NCBI GenBank assembly: GCA_963775145.1
Contig: CAVZHZ010000010.1
Span: forward strand, 450,321 to 514,320
Length of the DNA stretch: 64,000 nucleotides
Direction of reading: 5' to 3'
Origin: an uncultured Chitinophagaceae bacterium
GTDB taxonomy: Bacteria > Bacteroidota > Bacteroidia > Chitinophagales > Chitinophagaceae
Part shown: positions 9,398 through 19,892 of the stretch, piece after piece
Position numbering within the stretch: the first letter of the stretch is position 1
How the letters are laid out: each line of letters begins with the position of its first letter
Made by a program: the position numbers and the translations under genes
Notes under the pieces: generated by a model
What the model saw: only the letters and a program-made list of their open reading frames with translations
The model's database searches: none
What the model was told of the DNA's origin: nothing

Positions 9398-10375
9398 TTA
9401 ACGCGGCACTTCCACACTTTGAATAATCTGTAAAATAACATCGTCGGGAGAAGCACCTTCCATCTCCTTTTCGGGACTCAGCACAATACGATGCCGTAAT
9501 ACGGCCGGGGCAACATATATAATATCTTCCGGCGTAATAAAATCGCGACCACGCATGGCAGCCAGTGCTTTGGCCGCATTTAAAATTCCGATGGAAGCCC
9601 GGGGGGACGCACCCAAATAAATTGATTTGTGATTGCGGGTATTGGCTACGATGCTGGTGATAAAACTAATAAGTTTTTCTTCTACATGTATCAACCGTAC
9701 CTGCTTCCTCAGTACATCCAGTTGTTCGGCAGTCAATACAGATCCTACCCGTTCTATCATCGCATTCAGATCAAGCTGATGATGATTCAGCACAATGCGG
9801 AATTCCTGTTCAGCGGAAGGATAAGTAACATTAATCTTGAAAAGAAATCGATCCAGTTGAGCTTCCGGCAAATGGTAGGTCCCTTCCTGTTCAATGGGGT
9901 TCTGCGTGGCTACCACCATGAATGGAAAAGATAACTCATACGTATGCCCGTCTACCGTAATTTGTCTTTCTTCCATCACTTCAAATAACGCTGCCTGTGT
10001 TTTCGCCGGAGCCCTGTTTATTTCATCAATTAGTATAATATTGCTGAAAATGGGACCGCGCTTGAATTGGAAAGATGATTCCCTTGGATTGAAAACTGAG
10101 GTTCCCAATACATCACTTGGCATAAGATCAGGGGTAAACTGAATGCGGGAAAATCCTACCGAAATACTTTTGCTGAGTAATTTGGCGGTTAGTGTTTTTG
10201 CCACTCCCGGAACTCCTTCGATAAGCACATGCCCGTCGGCCAGCACAGCGGCTAACAGGAGATCTATCATCTGGTCCTGGCCGATAATAACTTTTCCAAT
10301 TTCACTTTTAAGCGACATCACTGCCGCTTGCAGGCTGCCCAGATCGGTTCTTTGCTGAAAAAAATTCTCTTCCAT
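9398..10375 (-). CDS. moxR: MoxR-family AAA+ ATPase
   Basis: EGVPGVAKT Walker A, RIQFTPDLMPSD, LIDEINRAPAKTQ and ATQNPIEQEGTY. Confidence 0.95.
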   Translation of the reverse strand: MEENFFQQRTDLGSLQAAVMSLKSEIGKVIIGQDQMIDLLLAAVLADGHVLIEGVPGVAKTLTAKLLSKSISVGFSRIQFTPDLMPSDVLGTSVFNPRESSFQFKRGPIFSNIILIDEINRAPAKTQAALFEVMEERQITVDGHTYELSFPFMVVATQNPIEQEGTYHLPEAQLDRFLFKINVTYPSAEQEFRIVLNHHQLDLNAMIERVGSVLTAEQLDVLRKQVRLIHVEEKLISFITSIVANTRNHKSIYLGASPRASIGILNAAKALAAMRGRDFITPEDIIYVAPAVLRHRIVLSPEKEMEGASPDDVILQIIQSVEVPR

Positions 10376-10377
10376 TA

Positions 10378-11628
10378 TTAAACTTGTTTATAAAAGTTTT
10401 GTAGCTGATGATTAAACTGCATTAACTCCGAATCAGTGACTTCCGGTTGATCGGCCAGGTATTGTGCCTGGTATACTATATTATTAATAACTGAATAATC
10501 AATACCGGTTTTGTACGCCAACCGTTTTTGAAATTCTTCGTCTGTGCGGGAAGTGGACAAATTGTAATGGTTTCGCACGTGATCGAGAAAATGGGCCGTC
10601 ATTTTGTTAACCAGGTTTTTATTGTCCTTTCGCTGGAAATAGAGACGGCCAATTGTTTTTACAAAATCAAGGGAAGCATTACTCAATGGTTTCTTTACCG
10701 GTATCAGTTTTTGCCTGCGTTTAGATTCAAATAAATATATAAGCAGGAACAATAACAGCAATAACCAAACAGCCCAGGACAATGCAGGTTGTTTCATGAT
10801 CCAGCTGAATGCCCGGCTCAGGCTGCTGCTTCCTCCACTATCATCTCCGTTGGCATGTGTACGAAAATATTCCTGCCAAACTACCAACTCAATACCTTTT
10901 GGCAAATTAGACAAGGCGCAATCGTAATACCTGCTGTTCTCTTTGTGCAGCAGAAAAAAATTACTAAAGGCCAGGGGTGCGAGGTGGAGATAAATGGCCC
11001 CTCCGTTATCATATCCTATTTTTATGAAGTTAGGCTTGTTCTGGTGATTCCAACCCAGCACAGTAGTATAGCCCGAATCCATAGAAGAGAAATAGCTGTT
11101 ATAATAAAGACCGGGATAGCTGTAAAACTCTTCAACCCGGTTCTCGGGGTTAGCAATACTGACGCGGAGTGAGTCGGCATCGTTTTCGAAACCATATGAA
11201 TTGTGAGTGGTTAACTTGAGCGAATCCAGTATTTCTTTTCCGATAGAAAAAGTGGAAATGAACACCTGGTTTCCCTCATAAACAAAATCCAGGAGGGCCC
11301 GGAATTCACTGCTGCTTGGAAACATACGCGGCGTCAGGAAGAAGTGTGCTGTTCTGCCAGAATGTGCAGCCAGTTTATGTACCAGTTGGTTATCTTTTCT
11401 TTGAAAAAAATTTTTATTCCCGGGTGATTCTTTGTCAATAACGATTTCTGCGTCTGGAAAGAGATGGGGCAGTTGTTCAAATGCATAATAAGCCCCATAA
11501 GGTATCTTGTCTTTACGCCAGATTGTAATACGCGGATTAATTTCTTTACTGGCATTTGAGTTGCATGCCGGCAGCACCAGGATAATCACCAGTATAAGGG
11601 AAAGCGCTATAATCGGATATCTCTTCAA
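10378..11628 (-). CDS. DUF4350 domain lipoprotein/membrane protein
   Basis: LPAC lipobox, KDKIPYGAY motif, C-terminal TM followed by SLDFVKTIGRLY; position in the MoxR cluster. Confidence 0.75.
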   Translation of the reverse strand: MKRYPIIALSLILVIILVLPACNSNASKEINPRITIWRKDKIPYGAYYAFEQLPHLFPDAEIVIDKESPGNKNFFQRKDNQLVHKLAAHSGRTAHFFLTPRMFPSSSEFRALLDFVYEGNQVFISTFSIGKEILDSLKLTTHNSYGFENDADSLRVSIANPENRVEEFYSYPGLYYNSYFSSMDSGYTTVLGWNHQNKPNFIKIGYDNGGAIYLHLAPLAFSNFFLLHKENSRYYDCALSNLPKGIELVVWQEYFRTHANGDDSGGSSSLSRAFSWIMKQPALSWAVWLLLLLFLLIYLFESKRRQKLIPVKKPLSNASLDFVKTIGRLYFQRKDNKNLVNKMTAHFLDHVRNHYNLSTSRTDEEFQKRLAYKTGIDYSVINNIVYQAQYLADQPEVTDSELMQFNHQLQNFYKQV

Positions 11629-12437
11629 ACTCCCAATGATTTATACATTTTTTGAAAATTACTTTGGACCAAATCAAATTGGTTGTCGGAAAGTTCAAAC
11701 CCACCATACCATACATATTCGTATACCTGTGTTAAAAAACCAAATTCGGAAGCCAGGGAGTGCTTACTAAACTGGACCAGGTAATCGTAGTTGGTAGCCT
11801 GAGCATGATAACGGATCCATCCCTTGGCATCAAGTCCACGAAGGGTTTTAAAATACGAATATCGCACCGCTTTGCGATATTCTTTGGCCAAAACAGCGGC
11901 CGCTATTTTTTCATCAAGGGCCTCATCCTCCATTTCATTGTTTTCCTGGTCGGCTGCTTCTTTTATTGATTTGGAAGAAGTATAAAAGAGATTGTTATTT
12001 ATTATGATACGGTAAATAGTAAAAATTATTACCGCGGCCAGCAGGAGGTACATAATAATCCGGACAACAGAGCTACTGAATAGCCAGGTGAGGAAATAGC
12101 CAAATCCTTTACCCTCCTTTTGATCTTCTTTTTTCCTGATCCAATAAGCCGGGTTGTTGGCATATTCAAAATCTCTTTCTTTTTTTAACCTGGTGACGAC
12201 CGTGTCAGGTACACTCCGAAAGGCAATTGTGTCTGGCAGCCGGGATACCTGTACAGAAGTATCTTCTTCACTGAATTCATTATTCTCGACTACGGCCGTG
12301 CTGTCTGTAACAGGTGATTCAATAACAGAATCAGTGGGTGTCTGCGCCGTACCGGGCCAGGGATTAAAAACCAAAATGATTATCAGCCCGGTTAGAAGTA
12401 GCCTGTTATTGAAAATATTGTACAAAGAATAATTCAT
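11625..12437 (-). CDS. DUF4129 domain membrane protein
   Basis: C-terminal KTNYDY-like / YEYVWYGGF motif; ATG at 12437 preferred over the track start at 12506, which overlaps the next gene. Confidence 0.75.
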   Translation of the reverse strand: MNYSLYNIFNNRLLLTGLIIILVFNPWPGTAQTPTDSVIESPVTDSTAVVENNEFSEEDTSVQVSRLPDTIAFRSVPDTVVTRLKKERDFEYANNPAYWIRKKEDQKEGKGFGYFLTWLFSSSVVRIIMYLLLAAVIIFTIYRIIINNNLFYTSSKSIKEAADQENNEMEDEALDEKIAAAVLAKEYRKAVRYSYFKTLRGLDAKGWIRYHAQATNYDYLVQFSKHSLASEFGFLTQVYEYVWYGGFELSDNQFDLVQSNFQKMYKSLGV

Positions 12438-12453
12438 TCCCCTGGAGTTGCTT

Positions 12454-13410
12454 TTATGCTGCCTGCGCCAATAATCGTTTTTCAAGCTTAATTGGATAGA
12501 TTCCAAAATACCAAATCACAAATACGAAAGAAATAGCCAGAATTGAAATACTGACAGGCTTTGGCATTCCCGAGTATCGGGTAACAAAACCCTCCAGAAA
12601 TGCGGCAATAACCAGGAGCGGAACAATTCCAATTAGTACTTTCAATCCGTCTTTTGCTCCCTCACGTAAAGAAGCCATGCGTTTTATGGTACCCGGAAAT
12701 AATATACTATTCCCCACTATAAGACCGGCCGCTCCCGATAGAATAATGGAAGAAATTTCCAGGGTGCCATGTATCCATATTACCAGCACGGAGGCCCATC
12801 CCAATCCTTTTGCAAAAAAATAATATTGAAAAGCTCCTACCATTACCCCATTCGTGAGTAATAACCACACGCTGCCTATCGATAGAAGGAACCCGGCAAT
12901 AAAAACCATAAATGAAACCTTGATATTATTCACGCCGATCCGGACAAACATCATAAATTGTTCATTATCCTTATACACTCCAAAGGGATCTCCTTTGGCA
13001 ATATTATCTTCTGTCATCTCTACATACCCATCTCCTAATATTCCCCTCACAAAGGTTTCATCGTGTGCAGCAGAAAAAGCAGCCATCGTGGCAAATAGGA
13101 TGAAAATGATAAAGGCATACAATACTTCGCGGTGATGCTTTCTTATCACCAATGGTAATTCTGTTTTCCAAAAACGAACTATACGGGAAGATTCTTCTTT
13201 TTTGTTTTTATATATACCAAGATATTTTTTTGAAGCCAGGCCATTCAGGTAGGCGGTGACCTTGCTATGCGGATAAAAAGTTTTGGAATAACCCAAATCA
13301 TTTACCAATTCAGTGAACTGGCCGGCCATTTCGTCGGGATCCACGGTTTTTTCGTATTGATACTGCCGCCATTTATCAATATTCTTTTTTATAAATAATC
13401 CTTCACGCAC
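12454..13410 (-). CDS. Stage II sporulation protein M-like (DUF95) membrane protein
   Basis: MREGLFIKKN start, IGVNNIKV, NGVMVG, IHGTLEISSI and AAFLEGFVT. Confidence 0.88.
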   Translation of the reverse strand: MREGLFIKKNIDKWRQYQYEKTVDPDEMAGQFTELVNDLGYSKTFYPHSKVTAYLNGLASKKYLGIYKNKKEESSRIVRFWKTELPLVIRKHHREVLYAFIIFILFATMAAFSAAHDETFVRGILGDGYVEMTEDNIAKGDPFGVYKDNEQFMMFVRIGVNNIKVSFMVFIAGFLLSIGSVWLLLTNGVMVGAFQYYFFAKGLGWASVLVIWIHGTLEISSIILSGAAGLIVGNSILFPGTIKRMASLREGAKDGLKVLIGIVPLLVIAAFLEGFVTRYSGMPKPVSISILAISFVFVIWYFGIYPIKLEKRLLAQAA

Positions 13411-13648
13411 AGGTAAGCATTTATATTTATTGATTAAAATTCTATCTCAGACTAATAACTCCATTTTTCATATTTAGTTGGGGGGAAGACAACCACCCGG
13501 GTTTACCAGGTCGGCTATAATGCCAGCAAATAATTCAGGGCAGAGAAAATTAGTTTAAAAGAGCTTCAACAACTATTTTTATAGATAAATATAATAGTTA
13601 AATTTTGAACGTTTACTAAAGAACCGAAAAAATATATATTCGCAAAAC

Positions 13649-14416
13649 ATGCCCCTGGTAAAACTTGATACAGGATTTAATATTGAAGTGGATTTCGCCA
13701 TTTCGCCTTTTCACAAACGGTTATTTGCCTGGATTATTGACCTGATGGTTTGCTGGTTGTATATTAAAATAATGGCTGCCCTCTTTGGTTTGCCTTCATT
13801 TTTTATTATAATTCTAACCTGGAATTTAACCGGTATGCTGATCAGCATTCCCGTTGTATTTTATCATCTTATTTGTGAAATTTTCCTCAACGGGCGCAGC
13901 CTGGGTAAAATGGCTATGAATATTAAGGTTATTACAGCCGAGGGGGGCCAGCCCAGTATCGGGCAATACCTGCTGAGATGGATGTTCCGGATGCTCGATT
14001 TCCCCATTTTTATCTTAGGTTTATTGGCGCAGCAGGAAATACCCTGGTGGACATTTCCCACCCTGTTTTTGGGTCTTTTCTGCGTAATTCTCACGCCGAT
14101 GTCACAACGGATTGGCGACCTGGCCGCCGGCACTATTATTATTGATCTGAAAAACCAAACTTCCTGGGAAGACACCGTATTTAAAGAAATAGAATCCACC
14201 TATCAACCGCGGTATCCACAAGTCATGCAGCTCAGCGACCGGGATATTAATACGCTCAAAAGCATCATTGAAAACGTAAGGAAGAAAAACGATTATGACC
14301 TTTCGATGCGAATAGCCGAACGAATTAAATCCAAATTGAAAATGGAAACAGAGCAGGATTCCCTGGATTTCCTCGAAACTCTCTTAAAGGATTATAACTA
14401 CTATGCAACAAGATAG
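13649..14416 (+). CDS. RDD family membrane protein
   Basis: KRLFAWIID, GRSLGKMAMNIKV and QRIGDLAAGT. Confidence 0.9.
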   Translation: MPLVKLDTGFNIEVDFAISPFHKRLFAWIIDLMVCWLYIKIMAALFGLPSFFIIILTWNLTGMLISIPVVFYHLICEIFLNGRSLGKMAMNIKVITAEGGQPSIGQYLLRWMFRMLDFPIFILGLLAQQEIPWWTFPTLFLGLFCVILTPMSQRIGDLAAGTIIIDLKNQTSWEDTVFKEIESTYQPRYPQVMQLSDRDINTLKSIIENVRKKNDYDLSMRIAERIKSKLKMETEQDSLDFLETLLKDYNYYATR

Positions 14417-14458
14417 GGGCCGTTTATTCCGCCCCTGATTATTCGGCCCAACTATGGC

Positions 14459-14905
14459 CTACCTGAATGCAGCACCCGCAATCGCTACAATAATTGCCAG
14501 TAAATAAAAGGTCAGTATAACAATGGTCATAATACCCAGGAACTTAAAGCAGGATTTCAGATTTTTGAATGAATCGGTAAGAGAACCCTGGTCGTTCGCC
14601 TGTATTGCACGCTGCATTTTTGCTGAAAAATTATAAAGGTATAGACAGGGAAAGAAATACAATATGGCAATAAGAATATAAACAATCGTCATAAAGCTGC
14701 CCATTCCCATGCTCATTTCTCCCCCCATTTGGCTGAATGCTCTCGAAAAAATGGTTCCGGCAAAAAAGCCAATAATCACCATAAGGCCGCAAAAAATAAA
14801 TCCCATAATTCCAAGAAACTTTCCCCATTTAGCCGCTTCACTTAAATTAGTGGCGACAGGGCGATCTATCTTCAGATCGAATAAATGCTGTTCATTTGAT
14901 TCCAT
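14459..14905 (-). CDS. DUF5362-like membrane protein
   Basis: KWGKFLGIMG and LYFFPCLYLYNFS, three TM helices. Confidence 0.75.
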   Translation of the reverse strand: MESNEQHLFDLKIDRPVATNLSEAAKWGKFLGIMGFIFCGLMVIIGFFAGTIFSRAFSQMGGEMSMGMGSFMTIVYILIAILYFFPCLYLYNFSAKMQRAIQANDQGSLTDSFKNLKSCFKFLGIMTIVILTFYLLAIIVAIAGAAFR

Positions 14906-14960
14906 AATTGAGTTGGTTTTGGTTAAAACTGTAATTAAGATACTAAATAATTTAATCCCA

Positions 14961-15407
14961 TCATCCCCTTTTTCCCATCAGCTCCAGGTAGAAATAAATA
15001 TAGAAGGCAGTAATAACAAGGCTGATAAATAACTGAACAAATGCGAACCGGGTACTTTTATAAAATGACCGGAATGACTGATTAAATACATCAATATCGT
15101 TCAGTGTGATGCTTTGCCGGCATTTTTGTACAAATTGAAAATAAAGGTACAACTGGACAAAAAAACAAGCCAGGTGTAAAAGTCCTAAGAAAGGAAAAAC
15201 ATGTTTCTCCATATAAAACATCCAACCTTCAGCACTATCCAGTGTACGAAGAAAAATAAACTTGATAATGATTAAAGCAAGACTCAGGAAAGTACCAATA
15301 ATCGCGTATATAAAAAGCCAGCGGGTGAGCGTAAAAGTCTTCAACAAATAGGTCGCTCCTTCGCCGGTTAACTTAAGATCAAGGATATCAGTATTTTTTT
15401 CGTTCAT
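14961..15407 (-). CDS. Hypothetical membrane protein, probable distant paralog of the adjacent DUF5362-like gene
   Basis: Same length (148 aa), similar TM layout and L-K-x-x-x-E-x-A-x-x-L N-terminus. Confidence 0.6.
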   Translation of the reverse strand: MNEKNTDILDLKLTGEGATYLLKTFTLTRWLFIYAIIGTFLSLALIIIKFIFLRTLDSAEGWMFYMEKHVFPFLGLLHLACFFVQLYLYFQFVQKCRQSITLNDIDVFNQSFRSFYKSTRFAFVQLFISLVITAFYIYFYLELMGKRG

Positions 15408-15421
15408 CCATAAAAATAAAA

Positions 15422-15449
15422 AAAGTTGTCATCTTTCAACTGACAACTT
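15422..15449 (-). terminator. Putative intrinsic terminator after proS
   Basis: AAGTTGTCA/TGACAACTT stem followed by a T-run on the minus strand. Confidence 0.6.
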
Positions 15450-15521
15450 CTACTAACTATACTTCGTTACTTCTTTTGATTATCTGCTATCCCTGGTCCC
15501 GGCATCCTTCTTCAGTCTTTC

Positions 15522-17000
15522 TTAGTACGCTTGAGCAAATAATACCCGTTGTTTGCTTGGATTTCCGGTTAGCACACATTTACCTTCTTCCCCTTCATTA
15601 TCCATCGGTATACAACGAATCGTAGCCTTGGTCAGTTCTTTTATCTTAGTTTCTGTTTCGGGCGTACCATCCCAATGGGCCAAAATAAACCCTCCTTTTT
15701 CGTTCAATAACTTTTCAAATTCCTGCCAGGTATCAGCTTTCGTAATATGCGTATCGCGATAAGCAAGGGCTTTATTATAAATAGCCTGTTGCACTTCATC
15801 CAGCATTGTAATAATCCGTTTGCTTAATCCATCCATCGACACACTCATCTTTTCTTTTGTATCCCGACGTGCCAGCTCTACCGTATTATTTTCCAGGTCG
15901 CGGGCGCCTATGGCAATACGAATGGGCACTCCTTTCAATTCATATTCGGCAAATTTCCAACCGGGCCGGGCATTTTCGTTATCATCATACTTAACCCGAA
16001 CACCAGCGGCTTTCAATTCTTTCACCAATTCTTTTACTTTAATATCAATCTTCGCTTTTTGTTCTTCCCCTTTATATATAGGAACGATAACCACCTGCAG
16101 GGGCGCAATGCGGGGTGGTAAAATCAATCCATCGTCATCGCTGTGCGCCATAACCAGGGCGCCGATCAATCGCGTACTAACTCCCCAACTGGTGGCCCAT
16201 ACATAATCAAGTTTATTTTCTTTGTCGGTAAATTTCACGTCAAACGCGCGGGCAAAATTTTGTCCCAGAAAATGGGAAGTTCCTGCCTGTAATGCCTTGC
16301 CATCCTGCATCAATGCCTCAATACAATACGTGTCTACGGCGCCGGCAAATCGCTCACTTTCTGTTTTAATGCCTTTAATTACAGGTAGGGCCATCCAATT
16401 CTCAACAAAATCGGCATAAATATTCATCATTTGCACTGCTTCAGCTACTGCCTCCTGGGCAGTTGCATGCGCCGTATGTCCCTCCTGCCACAGGAATTCT
16501 GCTGTCCGTAAAAACAAACGGGTCCTCATTTCCCAACGTACTACATTGGCCCATTGATTGATAAGAATTGGAAGATCCCGATAAGACTGAATCCAATTCT
16601 TATACGTATTCCAGATAATGGCCTCGCTGGTAGGCCTCACCACCAATTCTTCTTCCAACTTAGCGTCGGGGTCAACCATTAATTTGCCTTTATTAGCAGG
16701 GTCACTTTTTAACCGGTAATGCGTTACCACAGCGCATTCCTTGGCAAAGCCTTCTGCATTTTTTTCTTCCGCTTCAAACAAACTCTTGGGAACAAACAGG
16801 GGGAAATAAGCATTTTCATGACCAGTGTCTTTGAACATTTTGTCCAAGGCCTGTTGCATGTTTTCCCATAAAGCATATCCATATGGTTTAATTACCATAC
16901 AACCCCTTACCGCCGAATAATCGGCCAGGTTTCCCTTTATAACGAGGTCGTTGTACCATTGCGAATAATCCTGTTCCCGCGATGTAATTTCTTTACTCAT
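15522..17000 (-). CDS. proS: Proline--tRNA ligase (archaeal/eukaryotic-type)
   Basis: [39 protein letters not shown] and C-terminal TIRCIP. Confidence 0.97.
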   Translation of the reverse strand: MSKEITSREQDYSQWYNDLVIKGNLADYSAVRGCMVIKPYGYALWENMQQALDKMFKDTGHENAYFPLFVPKSLFEAEEKNAEGFAKECAVVTHYRLKSDPANKGKLMVDPDAKLEEELVVRPTSEAIIWNTYKNWIQSYRDLPILINQWANVVRWEMRTRLFLRTAEFLWQEGHTAHATAQEAVAEAVQMMNIYADFVENWMALPVIKGIKTESERFAGAVDTYCIEALMQDGKALQAGTSHFLGQNFARAFDVKFTDKENKLDYVWATSWGVSTRLIGALVMAHSDDDGLILPPRIAPLQVVIVPIYKGEEQKAKIDIKVKELVKELKAAGVRVKYDDNENARPGWKFAEYELKGVPIRIAIGARDLENNTVELARRDTKEKMSVSMDGLSKRIITMLDEVQQAIYNKALAYRDTHITKADTWQEFEKLLNEKGGFILAHWDGTPETETKIKELTKATIRCIPMDNEGEEGKCVLTGNPSKQRVLFAQAY

Positions 17001-17171
17001 TGTTGTTCTGTTACTTTGCTATTAATAACCACTGTGCCTCAGTGGCTTAATTCTCTAATTTTAACAATTCCCCATCATTAATTTCTCTTTGATGGCCGGG
17101 TTTTTATTGTACTTTTAATACCGGAACGCAAAAGTAGTACTTCGTTTGTAAAACAATTAAAACTAGTACGC

Positions 17172-17936
17172 ATGAAGTCGCAATATTTACTCCTTATTTT
17201 AGCCATCGCTGCTTTCAGCAGTTGCTCTACCGCCTACAAATCGGGGCAAACGCCGGATGATGTATATTATTCCCCCGAAAAAGAAGCCGGGGAATATGTG
17301 GAAATAAAGCAAAACGATAATGGCCGCTACCGCAATTACCAGTACGATGATGTGGATGACCGCTGGCTTCGAATGAGGGTGCGTAACCCGTATCGCTGGA
17401 ATGCCTTTGACGATTACGACTGGAACGTGCACAATAGCTGGACCAACAATTTTTACAGTCCGTATAGTTACAACTGGAACAGCTATTGGAACGGGTATTA
17501 TACCTGGAATAGTTGGTATAACCCATATTGCCGAAACGTGATTGTCGTTAATCCGAAAGCCTATCCCACGGTATATACTAAAGTGCGTAATTTCAGCCTG
17601 AATAGCTATACAAATAACAATTACAACAACAGCAATATTGCAGTCCGCAACACAAAGGCATCAAGCAAATTACCAAATTCAGGATACGGAAGTTATAATA
17701 ATTCTAATTCGGGAAATAGTTTAGGGAACAGCATTCGTAAAGTGTTTTCGGGTAACAACAACGGATATGGAAATACGAATGGCAATAATAATTCGTACAC
17801 TCCCACCAGCGATCGTTCGAGCCGTAGTTATACACCTTCCTCTTCCTCTGGTTCCTCTTCATCCGGTACTAATTCATCGTCTTCCGGAAGTAGTGGTAGC
17901 AGCAGAAGTACCAGCAGTGGCCGAAGAGGCGGATAA
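17172..17936 (+). CDS. Hypothetical lipoprotein with Trp/Tyr-rich middle and Ser/Asn/Gly low-complexity tail
   Basis: Lipobox FSSC, TPDDVYYSP motif and a poly-Ser tail. Confidence 0.8.
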   Translation: MKSQYLLLILAIAAFSSCSTAYKSGQTPDDVYYSPEKEAGEYVEIKQNDNGRYRNYQYDDVDDRWLRMRVRNPYRWNAFDDYDWNVHNSWTNNFYSPYSYNWNSYWNGYYTWNSWYNPYCRNVIVVNPKAYPTVYTKVRNFSLNSYTNNNYNNSNIAVRNTKASSKLPNSGYGSYNNSNSGNSLGNSIRKVFSGNNNGYGNTNGNNNSYTPTSDRSSRSYTPSSSSGSSSSGTNSSSSGSSGSSRSTSSGRRGG

Positions 17937-18059
17937 TGATTTATAACATTCCTTTTATACCTGAAAAAAAAAGTTTTTGAAAGAGGAAATTAAATTTGAG
18001 TACTTCTTGAATTTAGTTTCCTCTTTTTCGTGTACAGACATTTCAAAATACTAGTATTT

Positions 18060-19614
18060 ATGAAAAGAAAAATTTACCTGGTAGCTTTTCTATTGACCGG
18101 CAATTACCTGATGGCACAGGTACCGGATGATGCATTACGGATGAGCTGGATCAATCCGTCCGGAACAGCCCGTCAGCAGGCAATTGGAGGAGCTATGGCT
18201 TCCTTGGGAGGAGAAATCACTGCCACATTTGTAAATCCTGCCGGGTTAGGATTATACAAAACAGGGGAATTTGTATTGAGTCCCGGATTCAGTTTTATGA
18301 GAGGGAAAGGGGAATATCGGGGAACCGATGCCAAATCAGATGCGTTAAATAAATTCAACTTTGGAACGTCGGGCTTTGTATTTGGATTTTCGAACCGGTA
18401 TAGCCGCTGGAAAAGCAAGGCGGTTAGTATTGCTGTCAACCGAACAGCTAACTTCAATTCTAATACCTATTATAAGGGGCAAAACGATTTAAGTTCTTTT
18501 TCCGAACAATATGTGCTTGATTTTTCCAATTCCGGACTCTCCTTATCCAATGACCAATGGAAGAATTCTTCTCTAATTTCGCTTCCCACGAAAATGGCTG
18601 TTTACGAATACCTCATTGATACATTACATCTAAGTGGCGGGGGTATTACTATTTTTGGCCAGGGAGAAAAATCGCCGCTATTGAACCAGGAAAAATTGAT
18701 CAAGACCAAGGGCGGAATAACGGAACTGGCCTTTGCCTATGCAGCCAATATGGATGACAGGCTTTATTTCGGATTTGGGGTAGGCATACCAATATTGAAT
18801 TATACGCGTACCAGTTACATTAAAGAGAGTGATGCAACAGCCGATTCAGATAATGATTTCAACTTTGCCTCCTATGAAGAAACGCTTACCCAAAAAGGAA
18901 TTGGTGTTAATGGTAAAATAGGTTTGATTGTAAAGCCCTCAGAAAAAGTAAGGTTGGGACTAAGTATTCACACGCCCACTTTATATGGATTGAATGAAAA
19001 TATCACCGCCGCTAAAATGGTTACTGACCTGGAAAATTATCCCACCAAGTATGGCTTGCAGCCGGGCCTCGACAGTGTATCGCTGAATAGTTTCCCGGTT
19101 GACCAAAATAAATTTGATTTCATAAGCCCCTGGAAATTTATAGTCAGTGGGTCTTTTGTGATAAATGAAGTAGAGGATGTGAGAAAACAAAAAGGATTTA
19201 TAACCGCGGATGTAGAATATGTTACCAACAAATCCGGAAAATTTACTGCAGCAGATCAGCAGCAAGGTGATGACAGTTATTATAATGGAGTGAATGATGC
19301 CACCAAATCGATTTATAAAAACACTTTTAATTTCCGGGTGGGGGGCGAATTGAAATTCAATGTAATTATGGCAAGATTGGGTTTTGCCTATTTCGGAAAC
19401 CCTTATAAGGATAATGCATTAAAAGCCCGGCGGATGAATGTAAGCGGAGGTTTAGGTTATAGAAACAAAGGAGTATTTGTCGATTTAACTTATGTCCATA
19501 GCATGCTGAAGGACGTCAACTTTCCCTATCGTCTTTCCGATAAGGCAAATACATTTGCCAACTTAAAAGATAATGCCGGCAACATTAATGTTAACAGTTG
19601 GATTTAAATTCTGA
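18060..19614 (+). CDS. OmpP1/FadL-like outer-membrane beta-barrel; apparent +1 frameshift at about 19587
   Basis: GTARQQAIGGA and NPAGLG motifs; removing one A at 19587 restores the C-terminus NIMLTVGFKF* (stop 19612-19614), a typical barrel signature. Confidence 0.8.
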
Positions 19615-19639
19615 TTAACCAATTCAAGACGGTAATATG

Positions 19640-19677
19640 AAAATCCCCTTCTGCGAAAAGAAGGGGATTTTTGTTTT
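19640..19677 (+). terminator. Intrinsic terminator (possibly bidirectional)
   Basis: AAAATCCCCTTCT-gcgaaa-AGAAGGGGATTTT followed by T-rich sequence. Confidence 0.8.
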
Positions 19678-19892
19678 CGAGGTTATCAGACCCTTAACCT
19701 TCAAAATTTGCTTTCATAGAATGTTTGGACTAAACGGACTTCACAGATATGGGACGGTTTGCCCCGTAATATCGAATTTAAATACTTTATTATTGAGTAG
19801 CTGCCTCCCTATTTTTAATGGGTATCCATAAAATTTATTAGTGGGTAAGTAGATAATACTATTCGAATAAATCATTTTCGGCAGAGTATAGA

